The position numbers were made by a program, and so were the translations under genes. Shown piece by piece: positions 38,952-50,840 of a DNA stretch of 64,000 nucleotides (the stretch's first letter is position 1; each line of letters begins with the position of its first letter). This DNA comes from Cyanobacteria bacterium J06638_20. Lineage in GTDB: Bacteria; Cyanobacteriota; Cyanobacteriia; Elainellales; Elainellaceae. The notes beneath the pieces are model-generated. The model was not told where the DNA came from, did not search any database, and worked only from the letters and a program-made list of their open reading frames with translations. Location: contig JBCBSJ010000001.1 of assembly GCA_039819245.1 (NCBI GenBank), positions 21,941-85,940 of the forward strand, read 5' to 3'.

Positions 38952-41131
38952 GGAGCCTGTTGTGGTAGCCGCACGGTCACGATTGTGCCCGTTTCTTGGG
39001 TAGAGGTAATGTGAAAAGTGCCTCGGTGCGCTTCAATGATGCGGCGGGTGATGGCTAGCCCCAACCCATTCCCCGAAGATTTCGTCGTAAAAAATGGGGT
39101 TGTCAGCTTGGGCAAAATCTCGGGAGGGATGGGATCGCCACCGTTGTGTACCTGAATCACGACAAGGTGATCTTTTTCGGTTAGAGAGAACCGGATCGTT
39201 TCACCAGCGGTCACCGCTTCGCAGGCATTGCTAAGCAAATTGATGAACACTTGCTTGAGCCGATCGCGATCGCCCATGATGTTACATTCCCGTTCAAATC
39301 CCGCAGTCTGTAAATGGCGCTCTAGGGCAACGGGCTGATGGCAGAACTCTTCACACAGTGTGGTCAAAAAAGGGCTCAAATCGAGAGGTGCGAGCTCTAA
39401 TGTTTGCTCGCGGGCGTACATCAAAATTTCATTCAGGAGTCGCTGGAGCCGCTCCGACTCCTCTAGGGCAAACCCCAAACGCATTTGGGCCCGCTCTGGC
39501 AGTTCCATCTTGGCAAAAGCGTGGAGCCCCATCAAAACTGTTGTGAGGGGGTTCCGTACCTCATGAACAATCATGGCGGCCAGTTCACCGATTTCGGCTA
39601 AGCGAGCCTGGGCTTGCGCCATCTGTTTACGTTCCGTGATGTCGCGCGCCAAGGCCAACAACACAGAGCGTCCACTAATCTCGATCCGTCCGATACGCAC
39701 TTCCACGGGGAACTGGCTGCCATCCTTACGCTGATGAATGCCTTCCCGCGTCACCGGCTGCCCTAGACGGATGGCCCCATCCTGAGCCAGCTCCTCTATC
39801 GTCACGTCTTTTTGAATATCGGCAACAGAGGACCGTAGTAATTCGTCACGGGTATACCCAAGGGTGTGGCAAGCTTCCTGATTCACGTCGATGAATTGGC
39901 CGCTGTTGTCCACGACAAACAGGGCATCGGTCGCCTGTTCAACCAGTGTGCGGAATCGATTCTCACTTTCCCGCAGGGCCTCTTCGGCAATTTTGCGATC
40001 GGTGATGTCGTTGGTCACGGCAAGAATACAGCACTCACCATTGACTTTCACCGTTTCAGCCGAAAACAAGACCGTACGCAGCGCTTGGTTGGCTGTCCGA
40101 AACTGATATTCCTGGTTAAGTAAAAAGCCCTGTTGCGTGAGCGTTTCGCGCATTTCATCGCGATCGCGGGTATTGGCCCACAGCCCGAGGCTGTTGCTCG
40201 TTTGACCGATTACAGCCGTTCGTTCTAAGCCATACAGCGCCAGAAAGCTATCGTTGACTTCTAAAAGCTGCCCTTCTTTAAGGGTGCTGAGGGTCATCGG
40301 GTTCGGGCTGTTGTGGAAAGACTTAGAAAACTTCTCTTCGGAGAGACGCAGATCGGCTTCGGCCTGATCCCGTTCAGCAATCGCAGTACCTGCCTGATTG
40401 ACCATTTCGGCAAAGGTCATAATCACGTCGCCGAGTTCGTCTTGCCGTAACGCACCCACCTGCACCGATTCAAACGGCAGCGATCGCGCGTCTTGATTTT
40501 GGCGGAGGGACTGCCCCGCTTGGCGTAAATCACGACGGAGTGCCAGCACGGGAGTAATCACCAAGCGCTCCAGCACGATCATGGTGGCCCCAGTCACAAA
40601 GACCGAGATGATGAACACTAAGCCCGTAATGCGCCCAATGAAGTTGTAGAACTCGCGACCGACCCCAGAGGCATCATGGCGAATGATGAGCTGATAGCGG
40701 TCTTGGAGGGGCGACATCTGCCACAGCGCATCATAGCGTTGGGTGCGACGGTTATAGCGATCTTGGCGCGATCGCTGTTCCGCCGTGAGGGTTAGTTCGG
40801 GAACTTCGCCAAACGTACCGACGAGGCTTTGATCGGCCCGATATAGGGCACCCCCGAGAACGACGTCGTTGTTCCGTAAGGTTTCTAGATAGTCGAGAAG
40901 TTCGGCGTCGGTGATGGTGTCGAGGTCACCCTTAGTACTGAGCACCCCTTCAGCATTGGTGGAAGATAGGGCCCGCAAATATTCTAAGAGCTCTCGCTCC
41001 CGCCGCATGACAGAAGGCACTAGGATGATGGCTTCAATCAGAATAATGCTGACGAAAACCCAAAAGACAATACGTCGCGATAGTCGCGCCTTCCATAAAT
41101 TTGACGACAGTAGCTGTGGTTTTTGTCCCAT
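38948..41131 (-). CDS. Membrane sensor histidine kinase (HAMP-like region, two PAS domains)
   Basis: Two TMs, DELG, two PAS domains, IVHEVRNPL, GNGLGL; start uncertain (up to 41251). Confidence 0.88.
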   Translation of the reverse strand: MGQKPQLLSSNLWKARLSRRIVFWVFVSIILIEAIILVPSVMRRERELLEYLRALSSTNAEGVLSTKGDLDTITDAELLDYLETLRNNDVVLGGALYRADQSLVGTFGEVPELTLTAEQRSRQDRYNRRTQRYDALWQMSPLQDRYQLIIRHDASGVGREFYNFIGRITGLVFIISVFVTGATMIVLERLVITPVLALRRDLRQAGQSLRQNQDARSLPFESVQVGALRQDELGDVIMTFAEMVNQAGTAIAERDQAEADLRLSEEKFSKSFHNSPNPMTLSTLKEGQLLEVNDSFLALYGLERTAVIGQTSNSLGLWANTRDRDEMRETLTQQGFLLNQEYQFRTANQALRTVLFSAETVKVNGECCILAVTNDITDRKIAEEALRESENRFRTLVEQATDALFVVDNSGQFIDVNQEACHTLGYTRDELLRSSVADIQKDVTIEELAQDGAIRLGQPVTREGIHQRKDGSQFPVEVRIGRIEISGRSVLLALARDITERKQMAQAQARLAEIGELAAMIVHEVRNPLTTVLMGLHAFAKMELPERAQMRLGFALEESERLQRLLNEILMYAREQTLELAPLDLSPFLTTLCEEFCHQPVALERHLQTAGFERECNIMGDRDRLKQVFINLLSNACEAVTAGETIRFSLTEKDHLVVIQVHNGGDPIPPEILPKLTTPFFTTKSSGNGLGLAITRRIIEAHRGTFHITSTQETGTIVTVRLPQQAP

Positions 41132-41332
41132 GCCTGGCAGAGTTGTCGTTTTAGTCGCAACGGCTAAAGCATTGCGAATCACAGGTTTGCTGAGCACACA
41201 GACCAATGGCTTGGCCATTTTGTCCCGGTGGAACGAGCAATGGCGATGCACCCAGACTGTGTGTGGAATTTATTGTAGTCTTTCCAGGCAATTGACTTTG
41301 TGCAAGGGCTCATGACCCTATGCATAACCTGG

Positions 41333-42151
41333 TCAGGCGTAGAGGGCGATCGCTTCTTTAGTGATGTAAGAATAGGCGGGAAAATCTCCTACAAAAGCCG
41401 TGTGAGTGGTCAGTCCCGTAGCCTCATCCCAAAGGTGTAACTGGAAGCCGGGTGGCTCCATGACAAAGGCTGGTGGGGCGTCCGTGGATAGTTTCAGCGC
41501 GACTTGATGGGCGACACTGGGGGCAATGCTGCCCAAGGTTCCTGCCCAGATTGTCTGAATCGAGCGATGCAGATGGCCACAGGCTACCCGCTGAATACAG
41601 GGATACTGGCTCACAATCGCCGCGAGTGCTTCATGGCCCCGACACCGCAGGCGATCCATCCCCCGTAACCCTGTAGCGAAGGGAGGATGGTGCATGAACA
41701 AAAGGGTCGGCTTGTGGGGTTGTTCCGCTAACCGTGCTGCCAGCCACTGTAACCGCGCGTCATCCATATCGCCGTAACCTTCACCGTCTACCAGCGTATC
41801 CAGCATGATCAGCCGCACTGGATAATCCTCCAGGACGTACTGTACAAACCCTGTGGCAGGCATGTAGGGCAAATCGGGAAACACTGTCCGAAAGGCTGCG
41901 CGATCGTCGTGGTTGCCCATCACAAAATAGAGGGGCGATCGCAGCGGCTGTAACAGTTCGCGCAGCATACGATACTCGGGTTCAGTGCGCTCATCCACCA
42001 AATCGCCTGTCGCAATGACCAAATCAGGTTGCGGCGTGAGCCGATTAAGCTGCTCGACGGCCCGCTGTAAAAAAGTATTGGTATCAACAATGCCGTAAGC
42101 TTTCTCGCCTGGCGGTTGCACATGCAGGTCAGAAATTTGAGCAATGATCAT
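41333..42151 (-). CDS. CpdA/Icc-like metallophosphoesterase
   Basis: SDLH, TGDL, GNHD, HHPP, GHLH. Confidence 0.88.
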   Translation of the reverse strand: MIIAQISDLHVQPPGEKAYGIVDTNTFLQRAVEQLNRLTPQPDLVIATGDLVDERTEPEYRMLRELLQPLRSPLYFVMGNHDDRAAFRTVFPDLPYMPATGFVQYVLEDYPVRLIMLDTLVDGEGYGDMDDARLQWLAARLAEQPHKPTLLFMHHPPFATGLRGMDRLRCRGHEALAAIVSQYPCIQRVACGHLHRSIQTIWAGTLGSIAPSVAHQVALKLSTDAPPAFVMEPPGFQLHLWDEATGLTTHTAFVGDFPAYSYITKEAIALYA

Positions 42152-42318
42152 GAGCCAACCCCGGTTACGCTGCAAAGCTGCCTCCGTAGACTAGCGTTTT
42201 GCGCCACCTCGGACAATCACCCAGGATACTTCTACTCCTGACGAGTGGTCTGTCAGCGTTGGGATGGTCAAAGGAGCCATGAGTGCGGAGTGGAGGGCTG
42301 AATCTTCACACCAATCCC

Positions 42319-43278
<960 letters not shown>

Positions 43279-43664
43279 TCACCCATACCGTCAATAAGGT
43301 TTCTCTGAGCAAAGGCGCGTAGCCTAGCAAATTAGCCTTTAATCAGCTCCTTTGCTCTAAAAATTTCCCAATGGTTTCACCGCTGGGACTAGCAAGCAAC
43401 TTACTGACGGAATCGCTAACGATGCTACAACTTATACGTGTTTTTTGCGACTTCCGCCAGACCAGACAGCTATTCCTGTTGCAGAACGCTGACACAGTTA
43501 CAAGGCTTACTCTGGACTCTTTCCGACCATCACACAGGTGTCCAACGGATGCTAGTAAAAATTATGAGTCAGGACGTGTGTGGAGGCCATAGTTTGAAGG
43601 TTCAAGGCTTTGATAGGGCCTGGGCTTAAAAAAGTAGGCCACTGGTGCACCAGCTGCCTACTTT

Positions 43665-43979
43665 CTATACCCATTCAGTAAGCATTGCTGGTTCTTCTGG
43701 CGTAATGCGACCGCTGCCTCGGTAGGCTGTGATGCTGTCAGAGGCTGCAACATCTTCATCAATACGGCCACTGCCTCGATGTGCCACGATTGACAACGAG
43801 TCTAAGGCTGGTAGAACTTGCGTATATAAACGACCGCTACCTCGATGCTCAGTTCCATTGTCAGGATCAGTTTCATTTGTCAGTAATGCGGCACCCGAGG
43901 CAAATGCAGCTATGCTACAGTAGCCAAGTGCAGCAGTTATCAAGAGACTGCGGGTTAAGTGATTGAATAAATAAAACAT
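43665..43979 (-). CDS. patX: PatX-like RGSGR peptide precursor with three motifs
   Basis: Signal-peptide-like N-terminus; HRGSGR, HRGSGR, YRGSGR; lies between an FAD oxidoreductase gene and hetR. Confidence 0.85.
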   Translation of the reverse strand: MFYLFNHLTRSLLITAALGYCSIAAFASGAALLTNETDPDNGTEHRGSGRLYTQVLPALDSLSIVAHRGSGRIDEDVAASDSITAYRGSGRITPEEPAMLTEWV

Positions 43980-44078
43980 GGACTAGAGCCCCCTCTGTGT
44001 GCTTCTGATCCATGTTTCAGGTGGTCAAGCGCTGCTTCAGGATGGTTTGTGTCCGTATATGCGCTTAACCCAGTATCT

Positions 44079-45890
44079 TTAAGTAATCTCTACAGCTTGA
44101 AGCCAGCCTGCAAACCCATTCAGCACGCCGCTGACGGTAATGGATTGATTTTGTTTGAGTGCTGATATTTGTTGGTGCATATCAGGGGCTAACGTCACCA
44201 GATTCAAGCGTCTCGCCTCGGAAATCTGAAGATGTGCTTGCCAAGCTGTTCCTGTTTGGGTGAACTGTAGGATGCCCTGGAAGGTAGCAAGGGACACTGG
44301 GAGCTGCTTCGATACAGAAAGATTGGTTCTCCGGTGGGGATGGCCATGGGCGTAGCCATTGAGCGGATAGTGCTCTGGTGATTGGAGATAATATTGCTGC
44401 TGAGTACACCAATCGCTATGCTGGGGCAGGCTATCAAACAGCGGAATCACTGCTGCAGGTGCTTGAGCGTCTTGAATCAGTGAGCTTTGTAGCGTTCTGA
44501 CCGATAACTCTCGCGGTTGGCAGATGTGTTGAATGCAAAGTGCTGCTGCCATCCCAGCCGCCTGTCCTAGGCCTAATACGATCGGCTGCAAACGCGTGGC
44601 CCCATTCGCAATATGGGAAACCGATATATTTTTTTCACAGACCAGCAGGCCATCTACTGTAGCGGGAATTAAAGCTTCATAGGGCACTGCAAACGGTGTG
44701 CCTGTCCATCGTCCCCCCCAACGCATTGACTTGGAAGTTAGGGGCATTTTGAAGCCAGGGTAGTGATGATCGTTGGGATAGTTACCGATCGCGATCGCAC
44801 TGACTGCTCCCTGCGCGTTGACGGGTAATGCTGCCACCTGTCCTCCTACTTGCGGTAGAAGATCTTGCTCCGTCACGGTCTTGAGCCCGATGACGCGGCG
44901 ACTTTCGCGGTAATAGGGATGTAGGGCAAAGGCTCCTCCCCCCACAGTATTCGTTAGTTGTGGGAATGCCTGCTCGGCGAGACCGTAGCGATCGCCTAAA
45001 TTGGTCTGGATAAAGTGGGCAAAGTTCTGACTGTGGGCGATCGCGGCTTGCGCCCATTCCTCTTGAGCTGCTTTTCCCTGCATTAAACGATTTAGGTCCT
45101 CGCCATAGTCATTCCCCTTTTGAGGCCAATTGAGCATGTACTGCTGCTGAGGCAGTTGACCGTAAGTGAGGAAGGTTGCTTCCCCGTAGCCTGACCACGC
45201 ACCTTCAAATTGACTGGGGTCATAGGCTGAGGTGGGTGCGATGGCGGGGGCCTGCTGTCCCTTACCGTAATCTTGGAGGAGCACGACCCATGTTGGCGAT
45301 TGCACCGGGTAAGCTTGCACCAGTGAATAAAGCGGATCCTGCGGGTCGGTCAATGATCCGGGCGCACTGGGTTCGTCAAAAGCGGCACGGTTTTCCCATC
45401 CCCAGCGATAAGGCACATCGCCAAGGGCAAGCAGATCACCGAGTTCGGTACCATCCACTGTAATCTGGGCGTGAACGGTCAGTTCCTCAAACCGGACACC
45501 GACAACGCGATCGCCCTGTCGTAAAACTTCCTGGGGGGTTTGGCCCGATACCCAATGCAAATTCGGCAAGGCTGCTACCCAATCGGCAAAAATGGCAGCA
45601 CCCACCTTTGGTTCATAGGTGAAAAAGCTCACCCAAGCATGGTTCAACCCGCCTGCCTGACGGTGGTGCAGTTCGCGCAAAAAGGCACCCCACAGTCCCG
45701 TCTGCCAGGCCAGCAATTCATTCCCATCGGGAGCGGCTACCCCAGCTGCTGTCAACATGCCGCCCAGCCAGGCAAATTCACTCACCAGTAGCGTTTGAGC
45801 GCCTTGGCGGGCTGCTTGGATCGCGGCGGCTGTACCGCCAGTCCCCCCACCGACCACGAGCACCTCAGTCCTGATGACATCTGACTTCAA
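44079..45890 (-). CDS. FAD-dependent oxidoreductase
   Basis: VVGGGTGG, YYRESRR, GATRLQP; AGGAGG before TTG at 45890. Confidence 0.85.
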   Translation of the reverse strand: MKSDVIRTEVLVVGGGTGGTAAAIQAARQGAQTLLVSEFAWLGGMLTAAGVAAPDGNELLAWQTGLWGAFLRELHHRQAGGLNHAWVSFFTYEPKVGAAIFADWVAALPNLHWVSGQTPQEVLRQGDRVVGVRFEELTVHAQITVDGTELGDLLALGDVPYRWGWENRAAFDEPSAPGSLTDPQDPLYSLVQAYPVQSPTWVVLLQDYGKGQQAPAIAPTSAYDPSQFEGAWSGYGEATFLTYGQLPQQQYMLNWPQKGNDYGEDLNRLMQGKAAQEEWAQAAIAHSQNFAHFIQTNLGDRYGLAEQAFPQLTNTVGGGAFALHPYYRESRRVIGLKTVTEQDLLPQVGGQVAALPVNAQGAVSAIAIGNYPNDHHYPGFKMPLTSKSMRWGGRWTGTPFAVPYEALIPATVDGLLVCEKNISVSHIANGATRLQPIVLGLGQAAGMAAALCIQHICQPRELSVRTLQSSLIQDAQAPAAVIPLFDSLPQHSDWCTQQQYYLQSPEHYPLNGYAHGHPHRRTNLSVSKQLPVSLATFQGILQFTQTGTAWQAHLQISEARRLNLVTLAPDMHQQISALKQNQSITVSGVLNGFAGWLQAVEIT

Positions 45891-46011
45891 GGTTGCTGTC
45901 CTCCTAACAAACTGCGGCACTTTACGGTTGCCTGACCCAATACCAATTAGGTGTGATAGCGCTACCGATCGAGCATCCCCCACTGTCGCCGCCCCCTTGT
46001 ACACACATCTT

Positions 46012-46220
46012 GGCCCTCACCCCCTCAGTCCCCTTCTCCCAACAATGGGCGAGGGGGAGGCCAGACAAGGCTTTCCGGTTCCCCTTCGTCCGTTCTGGGC
46101 GAAGGGGTTGGGGGATGTAGAGCTATGCTCTTCCCGAAGGGTGGGGAAAGCCCGCACAGCAAGAGGTTCAGAACTTATATGTACTTAGTAACCTTTTGCA
46201 AGGGGAGTTAGGGGGATCTA
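46012..46220. repeat. Degenerate palindromic dispersed-repeat cluster related to the MITE internal hairpins
   Basis: CCCTCACCCCC..CCCCTTCTCCC..GGG and GAAGGGGTTGGGGGATG. Confidence 0.55.
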
Positions 46221-46385
46221 TATCAACAGTGGATGTGTAGTCCAAGTTTAGATAATGGGTAGCGAGGATCAGCAACACCTGCGCCTATTCCTGACGGCAT
46301 GGGTCGTCTATGTGATTGTCACAAGGCTGCGAGCCATCGCTTAGGCAAAGGCCATTATAGGCACATCCATGCGCGAGGTTCTTCT

Positions 46386-47186
46386 ATGAATACTAAAGAC
46401 ATCAGTGGATTTCTGATTTTTTCCTCTCTGCTAGCGCTACTGCTCTTGCTGGTATTTGGCGTGCTGCAGTGGCTGCATATTCCTGCGGGTAGCTTACTGG
46501 ATTGGATGATCGGCATTGCTAGCTTTTGGTGGCTGCTCATTATCGTAACCATTCCCTGGAATATTCACTTTGCGGCTAAGCGAGTCTTGATGGAAGCTGC
46601 TGAATCGCGTCGTCGCGAAATTGTTGTGGAAGGAGAACAGCTACGATATGCCGAGCGCATTGCGCGTCGTGCCCTCTGGATTGCCCTCGCGCTACACGTC
46701 GGATCAGCGCTGATTCTCTATTTGCTAGCGGTTGGTGGTGTCAGTACGTTGGGGTATATCGGCTCAATTGCCACACTACTGTTGACGGGGCTACGTCCCG
46801 CGATCGCCCTCTGTCAGTATTTGATTGAGCGACTGCAATCGATCCAAAAAAGCATTAGATATCCCCGCGAGGATGTCGTGGAGTTGCGGTCACGGTTAGT
46901 TGAGTTGGAAGTGTTGCTCAAAAATCTTGCTTATCAGCTCAACATGGATACGGCTGAACGTGAGGCCCATGACGACAGTTGGGCAACGCAACAACAGCGT
47001 ATGCAAGCTGGTTTAAGGCAAGACCTGACTCAGCTTGCGGTTGGGGTTGAGGAACTCCGGGTAGATAATCAAGCGGATCATGAGCGTCTAGCCAAGGAAG
47101 CCCGCAATGCCATTGCCCAACTGAGTACCGACAGCCAGTTTCTGGAACACGCCCGCGAAATAATTCGCTTTTTCAAGTCGGCATAG
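46386..47186 (+). CDS. Membrane protein with C-terminal coiled coil
   Basis: Four TMs then a helical tail ending REIIRFFK. Confidence 0.75.
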   Translation: MNTKDISGFLIFSSLLALLLLLVFGVLQWLHIPAGSLLDWMIGIASFWWLLIIVTIPWNIHFAAKRVLMEAAESRRREIVVEGEQLRYAERIARRALWIALALHVGSALILYLLAVGGVSTLGYIGSIATLLLTGLRPAIALCQYLIERLQSIQKSIRYPREDVVELRSRLVELEVLLKNLAYQLNMDTAEREAHDDSWATQQQRMQAGLRQDLTQLAVGVEELRVDNQADHERLAKEARNAIAQLSTDSQFLEHAREIIRFFKSA

Positions 47187-47242
47187 GTTTTGGGGAAGGG
47201 GTAGCTAAGGGTGACTAGCTGAAGCAGGAAGTTATCGCGTTG

Positions 47243-47275
<33 letters not shown>

Positions 47276-47313
47276 GAATTGGCGGCTAGTTCTGCGGGAC
47301 TTCGTCATGACGA

Positions 47314-47772
47314 TTACAAGACGCTGAGATAGGTTTGCTCGGAGGTTCTGGGAAGAAATCGTAGTGTGCGCTTTTGAAGATCGGGCTCAAGGCCCAAAAT
47401 TTCCAACGGTGTTACCCCTAACAGGGGATAGCTCACCTCGGTTAATTCCAAGCAGTCAAATGTGCCACGGCGATCGCCAATTTGCAAATCGACATCCCGG
47501 AAAATACGTCCGGGCTTGACTCCAGCCGTCGTTTCGACATTCATAACGGCCTCTTGCATCAGGCCAAGTTGCTCAATCATGGCTGCTGGCAAGCAAAGCA
47601 ACGTAGCGCCGGTATCAACAAGCGCATTCTCGATTGTGAGTGATCGCACCTCATTGGCCGCAATGAAACCACGCTGATGTAAAACCTGGTCGATGCGATT
47701 CGCAATTGAAATACTCGTGACGACTTGCCCCATTTGTCGGCCTTCGAGATTAGGCAAAACAAGCGTACCCAT
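47314..47772 (-). CDS. Clan AA aspartic protease (retropepsin-like)
   Basis: ALVDTGATLL and LLGVTPLE; start may be 47733. Confidence 0.8.
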   Translation of the reverse strand: MGTLVLPNLEGRQMGQVVTSISIANRIDQVLHQRGFIAANEVRSLTIENALVDTGATLLCLPAAMIEQLGLMQEAVMNVETTAGVKPGRIFRDVDLQIGDRRGTFDCLELTEVSYPLLGVTPLEILGLEPDLQKRTLRFLPRTSEQTYLSVL

Positions 47773-47895
47773 GTTTGATGCCATCAATGCTAGGTCTATA
47801 TCTCAAGTGTAGTTGAATCAACTGACTCACTGATACTCGCTATTCAAGGGGCAAAGAGTGGTAAACGTTCTCACTGGCTGACGATGTCTGTCCGT

Positions 47896-48891
47896 TTACC
47901 AGGGGTCATCCAGAACCGCATCGGAGATTGCACGGTCTGTTTCAGGCGAATTGACGATCCCGTCTTGAATGGCCTGGCTGAGGGTTTGGCTGACTACGGT
48001 ATTACCTTCAACACTGAGGTGGATGTGATCGCGATAGAGCGTTTCCGAATTCGCGGCAGTTTCAAACGCGGGCAAAAAATCAATGTAGGGAATGTTTTCT
48101 GTTTGAGTGAGGGTAGTCAAGCGATCGCGGGCTTTAAGCTCGTAGTCCCGTGAGCCGGGAGGGACGACTTCTCGCAGCAGCGGTGTCATGGCGAGCAACA
48201 GTTGACTGTTGTTGTCTTGGGTCAAGCGCTGAATCTGGCGGATCGCCTCTAAATTCACACCGACGCGATCGCCCCCTTCTTGATTGACCGCTTCCAGTTC
48301 TGGAATGGGCTGGGGCTTTTGGAGGCGATTGAGCACTTCGATGAGAGCTAGGGGAGGACGTCGCGCGGGATAAGCCCGACTGCGCCCCACGGCTAAAGAA
48401 GTTGGTGCAGTGGCAAACAGGTCATCCATGTTCAGGAGTAGCACCACCACTTGTGCCCCAAAGGTGCCGAACTTGGACACATAAGCCAGTTCATTGCGAG
48501 GCCCCCAGGAATTGGCTGATGCGTTTAGCACCTCAACCGTACGGTAGTCGCCGGATGGGGGCAGGGCAATCTGCTGCTGAATTTGCACTGAGAGGATATC
48601 GGCCTGATCGGTCCACCAACCCCCATTAGCGATGGAGTCCCCCAGCAGCAAAACGCGCAAAGTCGCGCGCTCAGGGGTGGGGGCGATCGCGGGGCCCCGC
48701 ATGGAATATTGATTAATTTCTAAACGATTGCCAAACCGCTTGATGCGCTGATTGGGTGCTAGACGGTAACCCGTTTGAGCATCCGCTACGTAGAGAGGCG
48801 GCGTCCCAAAGCCGAACATGAGCCGCAGGGCGCTTTCCACTATGCCAATGCCAATGATCGTCAACCCCAGAATGATGAGCGCTAGCTTCAC
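47896..48891 (-). CDS. SGNH/GDSL hydrolase
   Basis: LGDSI and DHIH. Confidence 0.85.
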   Translation of the reverse strand: MKLALIILGLTIIGIGIVESALRLMFGFGTPPLYVADAQTGYRLAPNQRIKRFGNRLEINQYSMRGPAIAPTPERATLRVLLLGDSIANGGWWTDQADILSVQIQQQIALPPSGDYRTVEVLNASANSWGPRNELAYVSKFGTFGAQVVVLLLNMDDLFATAPTSLAVGRSRAYPARRPPLALIEVLNRLQKPQPIPELEAVNQEGGDRVGVNLEAIRQIQRLTQDNNSQLLLAMTPLLREVVPPGSRDYELKARDRLTTLTQTENIPYIDFLPAFETAANSETLYRDHIHLSVEGNTVVSQTLSQAIQDGIVNSPETDRAISDAVLDDPW

Positions 48892-49465
48892 CTAATCCAT
48901 GCCTCTAGAAATGCCCTCTCAGTTTAGAAGATGCCCACAGTCAGGAACGAAATCCTTCATGAATGTGCGGGTTTACAATAGGCCGTTACAGACTACGCGG
49001 TTAACGTCATAAGTCAGATTCGAATTGAATACTCTTCATGTTTGTGGAGCACGTGAGGCTTTTGTGTCAGTCCTCTCAAACTGAAACGGATTGAACTTGG
49101 CCCTGAACCTTACATGGTTAAGATCAACAAAATCTCACTCACCTATCCATCCCAATGTCAGCGACTCTCATTAAGCCATCCACCCTGCTGCCCCAAGGAC
49201 TCCGCCTAGAGCAGGCTCATAATCTAAACCTGATTCAAAGCACCGAGCCATTCATTGTTAAATCGCGACAACCATGGGTCAAAGCGGGTTGCCATCCTAC
49301 CGCTGATGATCCACAAATTACAACTCAAGACAATTGGTAAATAGGGTTGTGTATCAATGACGTATGGATTGACTCAATTAACAAGGGGCTATGCAGACCT
49401 TAAAACTGGAGCCGATTCATCCCCAGTATCAGCAATGCCCCTTACCGTGGTCATCCCATTAATGC

Positions 49466-50791
49466 TTAGGAAGCAATGAACTCATTCCACTTCTGAACGA
49501 GGTAGGTGTTCTCGCTCATCGTCGAGTTCCAAACGACGATTTTACCGAAGCGTTCAGCAAAGGCACCGCCGTCACGGGTTGCACCCGTTTTCGCCAACGT
49601 TTTCCCGAAGGGATCCACAATGTCCTCAGGGGCTGCCTGACCTTCGTACCAGTAAGCCCATTCCGCATCGGACATGTACTTCTTAGCCAGTTCAGGCGCA
49701 GCGCTGTAGTAGCCCTGACGACCCAGGAAGGCACCGACCCAGCCCTCTAGCATCCAGTTCAGATACTCATAGGCGGCATCAAGCTGAATGCCTTCCAAGT
49801 TTTTCGACAGACCAACGCCGCCACCCCAGCCGCGATAGCCTTCTTTCAAGGGTGCGTAAACGCATTCAATTCCCTGGGACTGAACGGCAGTAACCGCTGG
49901 CGACCACATGGATTGCAGAATCACTTCACCCGACGACATCAGGTTGACGGATTCATCAAAAGTTTTCCAGAAAGCTCGGAACTGACCCGCCGCTTTTTGC
50001 TCTTTGAGAATATCCGTAATCTGATCAATCTCGGCTTGGGTCATGTTGCCTTTGTCAGCAAAGGTCATCAAGCCTAGTGACTCGGCGACCATGGCCGCAT
50101 CCATAATGCCGATTTGGGGAATGTCCAGAATGGATGTTTTACCCCGGAATTCTTCATTGAAGAGTTCACCCCAGGTTTCAATGGTGCGACCGACGAGATC
50201 CGGACGATAGCCCAGGGTATCGGCGTTGTACTGGAAAGGAATTAACGTCGCGTGATCAGTAGGGCTAGCAGCAAACTTGGTGGAGTCAGGCCCATCCAAG
50301 TACATGACTTTGTAGGGAGCTGTACCCTGCGATCCTTCGACCGGCATCCCTTCAAATTTGCCCGTGGTGAAGAAGGAAACAATCTTGTCCCAATCTTTGA
50401 TCTTCTTGATGTCGATGGGCCGCAGGTTACCCGACGGAACAACTAAAGGCAGGCTGAAATATTCACCATCAAAGATGTCGTATTGCCCCGGTTGGGTAAT
50501 GGCAATCTGATTATTTTCTTCCGTACTTAGGGCGCGCATCTCTAGCTTGAAACCCAAGTCTTCTTGCGCTTTGTCACGAATTTCGTTCACCTGAGAGACG
50601 CCAGTGCCAATCAACCGCAGCGTGACGTCCTTGATTTGGTTGGTGTTAACTTCTGGGCCTGGCGCTGGGTTATCAGGGGTTCCTTCTGGGGCGGTCGTTT
50701 CATTTTGAGCCCCGCTACAGCGAACCGCAGCAACCGCAGCCCCGGCAGCGAGGCCAGTCCGCAACAAATGACGACGAGAGAGTCCGGCCAT
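49466..50791 (-). CDS. PotD/PotF-like ABC substrate-binding protein with Tat signal
   Basis: SRRHLL twin-arginine leader; periplasmic-binding-protein features. Confidence 0.8.
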   Translation of the reverse strand: MAGLSRRHLLRTGLAAGAAVAAVRCSGAQNETTAPEGTPDNPAPGPEVNTNQIKDVTLRLIGTGVSQVNEIRDKAQEDLGFKLEMRALSTEENNQIAITQPGQYDIFDGEYFSLPLVVPSGNLRPIDIKKIKDWDKIVSFFTTGKFEGMPVEGSQGTAPYKVMYLDGPDSTKFAASPTDHATLIPFQYNADTLGYRPDLVGRTIETWGELFNEEFRGKTSILDIPQIGIMDAAMVAESLGLMTFADKGNMTQAEIDQITDILKEQKAAGQFRAFWKTFDESVNLMSSGEVILQSMWSPAVTAVQSQGIECVYAPLKEGYRGWGGGVGLSKNLEGIQLDAAYEYLNWMLEGWVGAFLGRQGYYSAAPELAKKYMSDAEWAYWYEGQAAPEDIVDPFGKTLAKTGATRDGGAFAERFGKIVVWNSTMSENTYLVQKWNEFIAS

Positions 50792-50840
50792 AGTAATTTC
50801 AATTCCTCAGCAAACAGCACGTTTTCATCTATTGCCCTCG

